A stretch of 37,960 nt of DNA. Origin: a virus. Its lineage: Duplodnaviria; Heunggongvirae; Uroviricota; Caudoviricetes. Positions within the stretch are counted from its first letter, which is position 1, and each line of letters starts with the position of its first letter. Positions 8,554 to 16,006 of the stretch are shown in pieces. The translations under genes were made by a program, and so were the position numbers. The stretch lies in the IMG/VR virus record IMGVR_UViG_2588253749_000006, one strand, 5' to 3'. The notes below the pieces were generated by a model, which worked only from the letters and a program-made list of their open reading frames with translations, was not told where the DNA came from and made no database searches.

Positions 8554-9536
8554 GTAAAGAGAAGCAAACAGTTAACGGAGATGTGGGTAACGTTGTCAGC
8601 GGTGATGTTACCATTCATAACTATTCTGCTGACATACTTCCCTCTGCCCAGCAACCAATTTCGTTGCTGCAAAAACGCGATTTACACAGATTGATGGATG
8701 AATTGGTTGATCTGGGGGAAAGTAAGCGCGAACTATGGATGACGATCCACACGAAACTTAATACCAAAACAGTTAATGAAATGACTGCGGCTGATTATCA
8801 TGGTGCGGTTGAGATCCTCCAGAGATATGCACAACAGATCCAGAATATGAAGGACTGTAATCTTCTGGTCAGCAAAATAATGGTGCTTACTGACCCTAGG
8901 TATCGTCTTGACCGTGACAGATACTGTCTGAAGCATTTCGGTACAACCCATCTTAAAGGCCTGGACAAAGAGCAGTTGCAGGCTGTGTTTGGTTATTTTG
9001 ATGATCTGCTGAATATTCGTGATGAGAGTAAAACTCTATCACCTCCATCGGACAGCGGGGCAAAATCAGTCGCGACTGTACCAACCAGAAGCCGGAAGCC
9101 TCATGTAGTAGTGTTGGGGGGAGCGTTAGTTCTTGTCGCAATATTTTTCGTGGGAATGATTGTGTTCGCTGGTAAATGGGGAAATGCTAAAGCAGTAGCA
9201 TCTACTGAAACCAGCGTTTTTAACATTAAAACCAACGACAAAATAATAGAAGATTCCATCCCAGCATTACGCAGCATGTTTCCAGGGTTAAATAAGTACT
9301 CAGATGATTTCCATTCGGTTTCAAGCTACAAGCAAAAATCGGGCTGGCATACCCTTAAATTCACGGTGTCTACACAGGCAATAATACCTGAATCTTATGG
9401 TGTTAAAGGGAAAACTTGTTACATCAACATAAACCCCGATGGTCGTTATGCCCGTGTTTTGACCGCCCCATGTAGAGCTCTATTACTTGACCAACAAAAC
9501 ACTCCAGATAGTAAATATCGTTATATTTTGAAATAG
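8550..9536 (+). CDS. unknown single-pass membrane protein, translationally coupled to the repressor
   Basis: 328 aa; ATGA start/stop overlap with the repressor gene; central hydrophobic segment VVVLGGALVLVAIFFVGMIVFAG; AT-rich. Confidence 0.6.
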   Translation: MSKEKQTVNGDVGNVVSGDVTIHNYSADILPSAQQPISLLQKRDLHRLMDELVDLGESKRELWMTIHTKLNTKTVNEMTAADYHGAVEILQRYAQQIQNMKDCNLLVSKIMVLTDPRYRLDRDRYCLKHFGTTHLKGLDKEQLQAVFGYFDDLLNIRDESKTLSPPSDSGAKSVATVPTRSRKPHVVVLGGALVLVAIFFVGMIVFAGKWGNAKAVASTETSVFNIKTNDKIIEDSIPALRSMFPGLNKYSDDFHSVSSYKQKSGWHTLKFTVSTQAIIPESYGVKGKTCYININPDGRYARVLTAPCRALLLDQQNTPDSKYRYILK

Positions 9537-9556
9537 AAAATAACTGCGAGGCTATT

Positions 9557-10048
9557 ATGGGGCTAATTAAACGATATAGAACAGATTATCCGAACCAAGT
9601 ACATCAACTTTCTGTTGCTGTTTCAAAGCATTATTATGCGGGAGTTGATGGATTGCTTAAGTACCAGAAAAAACCATTTGATATAAAACTTAGCAATGCA
9701 AGTAAAACTGGAAAAGATCATTTACTAGTCTATTCGTTACGCGATCACTACAGTGGTTTGTTTTATATAGAATTGGCATTTCTTTCTACACCACAACCTA
9801 TAACAGCTTTTTTGGGAAGGGCATGGAGGCCAAAGGAAGATAACGTGTTACAGGGTCTTCCTGATATGCTGATGATCCCCAAAACTGTAGAAGATGAGTT
9901 CCCTAACGTATGTAATGCCGTTTATAACCAAGGAGTTGATCTTTTAAAAGTAACCAGCGGTTTTCAGAGTGGAGGGCTTATCGCCATACGAGCGGTAGAG
10001 GAAGATCTTAAATTCTACACAAATACTCCTATAGCACGAGTTTCGTGA
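9557..10048 (+). CDS. unknown protein, second gene of the repressor-linked cassette
   Basis: 163-aa ORF 20 bp after the previous gene; AT-rich; no recognisable motif. Confidence 0.5.
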   Translation: MGLIKRYRTDYPNQVHQLSVAVSKHYYAGVDGLLKYQKKPFDIKLSNASKTGKDHLLVYSLRDHYSGLFYIELAFLSTPQPITAFLGRAWRPKEDNVLQGLPDMLMIPKTVEDEFPNVCNAVYNQGVDLLKVTSGFQSGGLIAIRAVEEDLKFYTNTPIARVS

Positions 10049-10339
10049 GGTTGCGGTTAAAACATGCAGATACAATGCTAATGATATCGCCCGAACCAAT
10101 AAAGAAACAAAGCAAGAGATGTGGTTACGAAACGTCGGTCAGATAGATATACCTTCTCCAGATTTTTGAAACCTGAAATCACGGTGTCGACGGTTCATTC
10201 TGACGCATCATTTATTCTCGTCAGTTGCCTCATATTCGTGCGTGCTAGGAAACATCGGCCAGAATATGTCTGGCATGGCGGCGTTTACAACCAATCCATG
10301 GAGCGATGGGGAATGTCTGCATTTTCATAATCTGTAACC

Positions 10340-10470
10340 CTTTTATAATTATAAAAAATATGGCAGGCTAGTCTGGTCTCGCGAGACTGACTGAACCTCG
10401 GTCGGCTCACAGTGCATTCCTGTGGGGCGATGACCAGCCCGGAGTTCGGGTACCGGGCTGGTCGTTCTTT
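10340..10470 (+). ncRNA. candidate small structured RNA (promoter-like TATAAT, two hairpins, T-rich tail)
   Basis: Palindromic TTTTATAATTATAAAA, then GTCTCGCGAGAC palindrome, then an 11-bp perfect stem GACCAGCCCGG/CCGGGCTGGTC followed by GTCGTTCTTT, inside a 530-bp gap. Confidence 0.2.
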
Positions 10471-10578
10471 CACTGTCAGAGTTCAGAGTGAAGTTTTGAG
10501 ATACATGATTTCTATTAACGCGATTTACTGGATGCATTACCTACGTGCAGTGTTTGTTCGATAAGGATTGTTTTCTGA

Positions 10579-11154
10579 ATGGGAACGTATTACACACTTG
10601 ATTCCGCTAGTCGTCTGCCTTCGCCTTGTCATGTAATTACCGGAAAATACGAGCCTGAAATGCCAGAACTGGCCGCTTTTCTTCATCAGATGTATCCCAA
10701 TGGCCTTTCGAGTCACGGGTATAACTATCTCTATAACCCCGGCCCTAAAATGGAAGATGACAGTGGAATCAGCAGAAGTCTGCTGGTCGGTCTGGTGTTT
10801 GAGTTAGTTCGCCGTAGCCATTTTCCTGATAAACCTTCCCGCTATCAGTCACTGTTTGCCTGTCAGCATCTGAGTGAAGTCAGGAAGTTCAGGGAATTAC
10901 TGGCTGATGAGAGAGGCGAAGACGAAATAAGAACGGCACCGATATATGAAGTCATCACAAATGAGCAGGTGCATCGCGGAGATATGAGGTTATTGAACAG
11001 TGATTGCCCGGTGCTGGAACTGTATCACCGTGCTTGGCTTTACTGGTCGGGTGAAGCAGCCCCAGTTAAGACTGGTGAGGACGAACCGTTCTGGGAACTG
11101 CTGATTCCGCTTCCAGTATTCGTTGGTCGAAGGATAACTGAATCGCAGGATTAG
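10579..11154 (+). CDS. unknown protein (accessory region)
   Basis: 191-aa ORF with an upstream AAGGA. Confidence 0.5.
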   Translation: MGTYYTLDSASRLPSPCHVITGKYEPEMPELAAFLHQMYPNGLSSHGYNYLYNPGPKMEDDSGISRSLLVGLVFELVRRSHFPDKPSRYQSLFACQHLSEVRKFRELLADERGEDEIRTAPIYEVITNEQVHRGDMRLLNSDCPVLELYHRAWLYWSGEAAPVKTGEDEPFWELLIPLPVFVGRRITESQD

Positions 11155-11389
11155 GTGCGGTTTTATATCGTGATGTCGCCGCCACATCGCCAATTAGCAT
11201 GACGTTGTTTTCTCCGCTGGCGAAATGACTTCTTCTCTCTTCAAGTGCAACCAGAACGTTTTTCAGCTCTATAATCGCTTCGGTTGGACAACATGCATCC
11301 AAGCTTAGCGTGTAAGTTTTATTCTGCTCTCCGATTCTGCTCCCAAAGAGGAACCCTTTTTTAATACCAGACTGTTTCGGTTCAGTCAT
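11066..11389 (-). CDS. unknown protein convergent with and overlapping the 10579..11154 gene
   Basis: Internal Met MTEPKQ with GGAGG RBS; 3' end overlaps the convergent gene by about 89 bp. Confidence 0.4.
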   Translation of the reverse strand: MTEPKQSGIKKGFLFGSRIGEQNKTYTLSLDACCPTEAIIELKNVLVALEERRSHFASGENNVMLIGDVAATSRYKTAPNPAIQLSFDQRILEAESAVPRTVRPHQS

Positions 11390-11454
11390 TGTGCTTGCCT
11401 CCCCTATGTTTTGTGTGCGACCATTCTGGTCGCTTCCCTCTGCGAACACTTATA

Positions 11455-11480
11455 ACGCGCTTTAAAATCCGTATCCCGCC
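11455..11480 (+). promoter_or_regulatory. candidate late-promoter activator site upstream of the lysis cassette
   Basis: GCTTTAAAATCCGT about 45-60 bp upstream of the first lysis gene; the same motif recurs near 24826 and 32932. Confidence 0.4.
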
Positions 11481-11519
11481 ACATTTGTGATGCTGTCTCC
11501 ACCAAACAAGGAGACACAC

Positions 11520-11870
11520 ATGAAAAGCCTGAAAAAATTCATTCCCCCTGTTAAAAAACCTCGCCTCAGCGGCTGGCTGCTGACCTCAGTGCTGTTGCTG
11601 GGCACCATCGCTCTGGTCTCGCCACAGCAGTTGCCTGTTGTGATCTACAAGCTGGCACTCATCACGCTGGCAGCAGTGCTGGGTTACTGGCTTGACCGTT
11701 CGCTCTTCCCCAAAGCCCGTCCCGGTCAGTACCTGAAACATGAAGACAGGCTGATGGCTGAAGGGCGTTTCCCTGTGCAGACCGGCCTTCACCTTGTATT
11801 TTCTGCTGCGTTAATCCGCCGTGCACTGATTGTTGCAGCGGTCTGTCTGGCTGTGGCAACAGGACTGTGA
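11520..11870 (+). CDS. holin-like membrane protein
   Basis: ATG with AAGGAG RBS inside track ORF 11487..11870; about 116 aa with two to three hydrophobic segments; first gene before the endolysin. Confidence 0.45.
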   Translation: MKSLKKFIPPVKKPRLSGWLLTSVLLLGTIALVSPQQLPVVIYKLALITLAAVLGYWLDRSLFPKARPGQYLKHEDRLMAEGRFPVQTGLHLVFSAALIRRALIVAAVCLAVATGL

Positions 11871-11872
11871 CC

Positions 11873-12601
11873 ATGAACTGGCCTCAAATCACCCTCATTA
11901 TTCTGTTCGCCTTTGGTCTGGGCGTAACCGCCATCAGACACGGCGAACCACGTAACGATAAATACAGCTTCTGGTGGCAGCTTGCTGGCAACCTGGTGAT
12001 TGTCTGGCTGCTCTGGTGTGGTGGCTTCTTCAGTCAGGCCCGCGCAGCGCAGCCTCCGCAGGCTGCGCTGCAGTATCGCGATGATGTGATCCGTAATGCC
12101 CGGCTTGAATGGGGACTGTCTGCGCCGGTGGCAGATTTCGCCGCGCAACTGCATCAGGAAAGCGGCTGGCGACCTGATGCGGTCTCGCCGGCTGGTGCTC
12201 AGGGACTGGCGCAGTTCATGCCTGCCACTGCCGACTGGATAAGTCAGCTGATGCCGGGACTTAACAGCCGTGAGCCGTTTAATCCGGCATGGGCCATCCG
12301 GGCGCTGGTCAGCTATGACCGCTGGCTGTGGCAGCGCGTCAGCGCCGCCAACGACTGCGAGCGTATGGCCATGACACTGTCAGGCTATAACGGTGGTCTG
12401 GGCTGGGTACAACGGGACAGGCGGCTTGCATCACAGAAAGGTCTGGACAGCACCCGCTGGTTCGGACATGTCGCCACGGTGAATGCCGGACGCAATGCGG
12501 CCAGCTGGCGGGAGAACCGCCATTATCCGCAGCGCATCCTGCGCGAACTGGCACCGCGATATCTCACATGGGGAGGCAGCAGTTGTGTGGCATCTGGTTA
12601 A
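11873..12601 (+). CDS. endolysin, lytic transglycosylase (SLT) domain with hydrophobic N-terminus
   Basis: SLT signature LHQESGWRPDAVSPAGAQGLAQFMPAT; two N-terminal hydrophobic stretches; ATG at 11873 inside track ORF 11867..12601. Confidence 0.7.
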   Translation: MNWPQITLIILFAFGLGVTAIRHGEPRNDKYSFWWQLAGNLVIVWLLWCGGFFSQARAAQPPQAALQYRDDVIRNARLEWGLSAPVADFAAQLHQESGWRPDAVSPAGAQGLAQFMPATADWISQLMPGLNSREPFNPAWAIRALVSYDRWLWQRVSAANDCERMAMTLSGYNGGLGWVQRDRRLASQKGLDSTRWFGHVATVNAGRNAASWRENRHYPQRILRELAPRYLTWGGSSCVASG

Positions 12602-13235
12602 AAAGCTGCCGTGGCGCGGCATTCTGCTGGCCATTCTTATCAATGCCTTTCTGATCGGCCTGTATGCCATGGGATACAGAAGTGGTCATGACTCTGCAAA
12701 GCGTGACGGTAATACCGCGCTCAGTCAGTTGCAGTCAGCATTTGACGCGTACAAAACGGCGCAGGCAACGCTTGAGAATGCTGCGCTGCGGGCTTGGGCC
12801 AGACGGTATCAGGAGCAGGTGGCCGCCGGGCAGCGGGCTGAAGCCGGTTATCTTGAGCAGATTGCTCAACTGGAGAGCCGGAACAAACAACTACAGGGGC
12901 AAATTAACGATGTCACACAGCGCTGGATTGATGAAAAAGGTAAGAGTCATCCCATTGAGTGCGTGTTTACTCGCGGTTTCGTGCGCCAGTACAACGCCGC
13001 ACTCGGATATGACAACGCATCCGTCGACACCGGTCATTCAGACTCAGTTGCCGCCACTGGCACCCGCTCTGGCACAGCGACCGGGCAACCTGAAACCACT
13101 GACACCCGGTTACGCGATTCGGGTGTCTCCCAGCGTGACGTTCTCGCCAACATCATCGACAACGCATGGCAATGTCGTCGCTGGCGGAACCAGATAAACG
13201 CGCTGCTGGATGAACGGGAAGGATTACAGAAATGA
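12585..13235 (+). CDS. i-spanin (Rz-like)
   Basis: GTG start with GGGAGG RBS in track ORF 12483..13235; N-terminal TM WRGILLAILINAFLIGLYAM then coiled-coil-like periplasmic region; contains the nested o-spanin. Confidence 0.6.
   Translation: MWHLVKKLPWRGILLAILINAFLIGLYAMGYRSGHDSAKRDGNTALSQLQSAFDAYKTAQATLENAALRAWARRYQEQVAAGQRAEAGYLEQIAQLESRNKQLQGQINDVTQRWIDEKGKSHPIECVFTRGFVRQYNAALGYDNASVDTGHSDSVAATGTRSGTATGQPETTDTRLRDSGVSQRDVLANIIDNAWQCRRWRNQINALLDEREGLQK
12931..13197 (+). CDS. o-spanin (Rz1-like lipoprotein) nested in the +1 frame of the i-spanin gene
   Basis: Internal Met of track ORF 12664..13197: MKKVRVIPLSACLLAVSC signal/lipobox-like, then a proline-rich mature region. Confidence 0.55.
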   Translation: MKKVRVIPLSACLLAVSCASTTPHSDMTTHPSTPVIQTQLPPLAPALAQRPGNLKPLTPGYAIRVSPSVTFSPTSSTTHGNVVAGGTR

Positions 13236-13558
13236 CACTGCAGGTTGAATTCTGGACGGTGGTGAGTTTTCTGCTCACCTTCATGGGGTTTGTGGGAGGG
13301 CTCGCCAAATGGTTGTTCAGTAAAACAGAAGAACGCCAGGCGGCACGATTCGCCTCCCTTGAACAGGCCCTGCAACAATCCGCCTCCAACTGGGGCGAGC
13401 TGGAAAAAGAATTTATGCGATTTAAAGCGGATTTACCGCTGAATTATGTCCGTCGAGAGGATTATATCCGTGGCCAGACAGTCATTGAGGCCAAACTGGA
13501 CGCGCTTTATAACAAACTGGAAGTGGTACAGCAGTACCGCAATACCGGAGGTCAATAA
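13232..13558 (+). CDS. membrane-anchored protein after the spanins (lysis accessory candidate)
   Basis: 108 aa; N-terminal TM FWTVVSFLLTFMGFVGGLAKWLF. Confidence 0.4.
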   Translation: MTLQVEFWTVVSFLLTFMGFVGGLAKWLFSKTEERQAARFASLEQALQQSASNWGELEKEFMRFKADLPLNYVRREDYIRGQTVIEAKLDALYNKLEVVQQYRNTGGQ

Positions 13559-13869
13559 TGGTCGATATTACCCGAGTACGCCGCGAATCCCTGCGCTGGA
13601 GTCTGCTGGTTGCCCTGAACAAGACCCGCCCTTACACCGCCAGCGAGACGCTGCTGCTGGATGTGTCCCGTGCCATCTACCCGGACACCACACCGCTGGA
13701 GCTGCGCCGCGAACTGGATTATCTGGCTGACCGTAAAATGGTTGAGCTGGAGAAAAAACCTTCTGGTGACTGGTTTGCTGACCTGACCCGCCTCGGCGTA
13801 GACCTGGTGGAATACACCGTGGAATGTGGTCCGGGTATTGCCCGCCCGGAAAAGTACTGGAGTGAATAA
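13558..13869 (+). CDS. hypothetical protein
   Basis: 103-aa ORF with coupled start/stop. Confidence 0.4.
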   Translation: MVDITRVRRESLRWSLLVALNKTRPYTASETLLLDVSRAIYPDTTPLELRRELDYLADRKMVELEKKPSGDWFADLTRLGVDLVEYTVECGPGIARPEKYWSE

Positions 13870-14414
13870 TGGCCAGACGCAGCACAATAGAAAAGCTGCC
13901 GGAAGACGTGCGCCGCTGGCTTGAACGGGCGCTGACTGAATCCGGCTTCAGCGGGTATAACGAGCTGGAGTCCCTGCTGCGTGAGCGGGGATACGTCATC
14001 AGCAAATCCGCTATCCATCGCTATGGACAGAAGATTGAGCGCCGCTATGGTGCTATCCGTGCGGCGACAGAAGCGGCCCGCATGCTGACCGAAGGCGCAG
14101 CAGACGATCAGGATGCGCGTTCGGAGGCTGTGATAGCCCTTATTCAGACCGAGCTGTTCGAGAGTATTGTCCAGTTGCAGGAGGCGGAAGAAGGCGAAGT
14201 CGATCCTAAAGAACGCGTGGCCCTGCTGTCGAAGGTGGCGAAGAATGTGGCTACGCTGTCACGCGCGTCCGTCAACCTCAAAAAGTTCCAGTCTGAAGTG
14301 CGAGCCAGAGCGCAGCAGGCAGCCAGCAACGCAGAGAAAATTGCCCGTAAGGGCGGACTGTCAAGCGACGCAGTACAGGCGCTTCGTCGCGAGATTCTGG
14401 GGATTGCCACATGA
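13869..14414 (+). CDS. terminase small-subunit-like protein (Mu gp27/DUF3486-like)
   Basis: N-terminal STIEKLPEDVRRWLERALTE ... SKSAIHRYGQK resembles DUF3486; directly precedes the large terminase. Confidence 0.55.
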   Translation: MARRSTIEKLPEDVRRWLERALTESGFSGYNELESLLRERGYVISKSAIHRYGQKIERRYGAIRAATEAARMLTEGAADDQDARSEAVIALIQTELFESIVQLQEAEEGEVDPKERVALLSKVAKNVATLSRASVNLKKFQSEVRARAQQAASNAEKIARKGGLSSDAVQALRREILGIAT

Positions 14415-16006
14415 CAAAATCATCCGGAGTGATTTTAAACGCCGCTGGCGGCGGCCCCGAAGGGATGAGTCCCATGGACGGGAGGAATAACCTTGCTCCC
14501 GTTTTGCCTGATACCTCGGCGCTGGATGCCCCTCCCGTTCTGTTGCCTTACCAGCAGCGCTGGGTGGCAGACACCTCTCCGCTTAAGGTGATAGAAAAGA
14601 GCCGTCGTACCGGTATTACATGGGCTGAGGCATCCGATAACGTACTGACCGCCGCCTCTTCTGCGCCAGCAGGCGGGATGAATGTGTATTACATCGCTTA
14701 TAACCAGGACATGACCGTCGAATACATTCAGGCGTGTGCGATGTGGGCACGGGCATTCAACTATGCGGCCAGTGAAATTGAAGAAGGATTCTGGGAAGAG
14801 GACGACGACGACAAACACATCAGGACTTACACCATCAAATTTCCTGACTCCGGCTTTCGTATTGTTGCGCTCTCCAGCCGCCCGTCTAACCTGCGTGGCC
14901 GTCAGGGTATTATTGTTATCGACGAAGCGGCGTTCCATGAGCAACTGGACGAACTGCTGAAAGCGGCGCTGGCGATGCTTATCTGGGGGGGGAAGGTACA
15001 CGTTATCTCCACCCATAACGGTGACGACAATCCGTTCAATACGCTTATCGGGGATATCCGTGCCGGACGTCAGGGAGGCAGCATACATCGCATCACTTTC
15101 CGGGAAGCCGTATCTGAGGGGCTGTTCCGGCGCGTCTGTCTGCGCACCGGGAAGGAATGGTCGGAGGCCTCCGAGCAGGCCTGGATGGCATCGGTGTACA
15201 AATTCTACGGTGCCGGCGCATCCGAAGAGCTTGACTGTATTCCGGCCAACGGTGGCGGTGCCTGGCTGTCCCGTGCCCTGATAGAGTCCCGCATGTCCGC
15301 TGATACGCCGGTATTGCGTCTGACCTGCAAGGAAGGTTATGAACTGCTGTCTGATGAGGTTCGCTTCCGCGAGACGCAGGACTGGCTTGATGAGTATCTG
15401 AAACCATTGCTGGAGGCACTCCCCACTGATGCCCGCTCTTTCCTGGGGCGCGACTTTGGCCGTAGCGGTGATTTGTCGGTGGACTATCCCCTGCTGCAGG
15501 AGAAGAACCTGGTACGACGCGTGCCATTCGTACTGGAGCTGCGTAACGTGCCGTTCAGACAGCAGGAGCAAATCACCTGGTATCTGATGGATGGCCTGCC
15601 CGGTCTGCTGGGTGCAGCGTTTGATGCCCGTGGTAATGGTGCCTATCTGGCTGAATACGCCATGCAGCGCTACGGCTCCAGCCGGATTCAGCAGGTGATG
15701 CCAACCGAAGGCTGGTACAGGGAGCATATGCCTCCGGTCAAAGCTGCACTGGAAGACGGTAACCTGGTGGACTTACCAAAGGATGAAGACACACTGGATG
15801 ACCTGCGGGCCGTTCAGGTGGTGAACGGTGTCCCCCGCGTACCGGAGCAACGCTCAAAAGCAAAGGCTGACGGTGGTAAACGCCACGGGGATTCAGCCAT
15901 CGCACTGGCGCTGGCGTATTTCGCCAGCCGTGAAATTAACAAAGGGCCGGTGAAGGCAAGCTCACGCCGTCGTCGTCAGGCGGCCCGTATGCTGGAGGGA
16001 TTCTGA
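14411..16006 (+). CDS. terminase large subunit
   Basis: 531 aa; position before the portal; ATPase/nuclease-like blocks (IVIDEAAFH, ISTHNGDDNPF). Confidence 0.8.
   Translation: MTKSSGVILNAAGGGPEGMSPMDGRNNLAPVLPDTSALDAPPVLLPYQQRWVADTSPLKVIEKSRRTGITWAEASDNVLTAASSAPAGGMNVYYIAYNQDMTVEYIQACAMWARAFNYAASEIEEGFWEEDDDDKHIRTYTIKFPDSGFRIVALSSRPSNLRGRQGIIVIDEAAFHEQLDELLKAALAMLIWGGKVHVISTHNGDDNPFNTLIGDIRAGRQGGSIHRITFREAVSEGLFRRVCLRTGKEWSEASEQAWMASVYKFYGAGASEELDCIPANGGGAWLSRALIESRMSADTPVLRLTCKEGYELLSDEVRFRETQDWLDEYLKPLLEALPTDARSFLGRDFGRSGDLSVDYPLLQEKNLVRRVPFVLELRNVPFRQQEQITWYLMDGLPGLLGAAFDARGNGAYLAEYAMQRYGSSRIQQVMPTEGWYREHMPPVKAALEDGNLVDLPKDEDTLDDLRAVQVVNGVPRVPEQRSKAKADGGKRHGDSAIALALAYFASREINKGPVKASSRRRRQAARMLEGF

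Noticed and set aside
10121-10330. 69-aa plus-strand ORF in the 530-bp gap
   Set aside because: No RBS and low-complexity translation; the region is better explained by the structured non-coding elements.
14435-15727. 430-aa minus-strand ORF
   Set aside because: Lies entirely antisense to the large terminase gene in a GC-rich region; long antisense frames are expected there and it has no start or RBS context.
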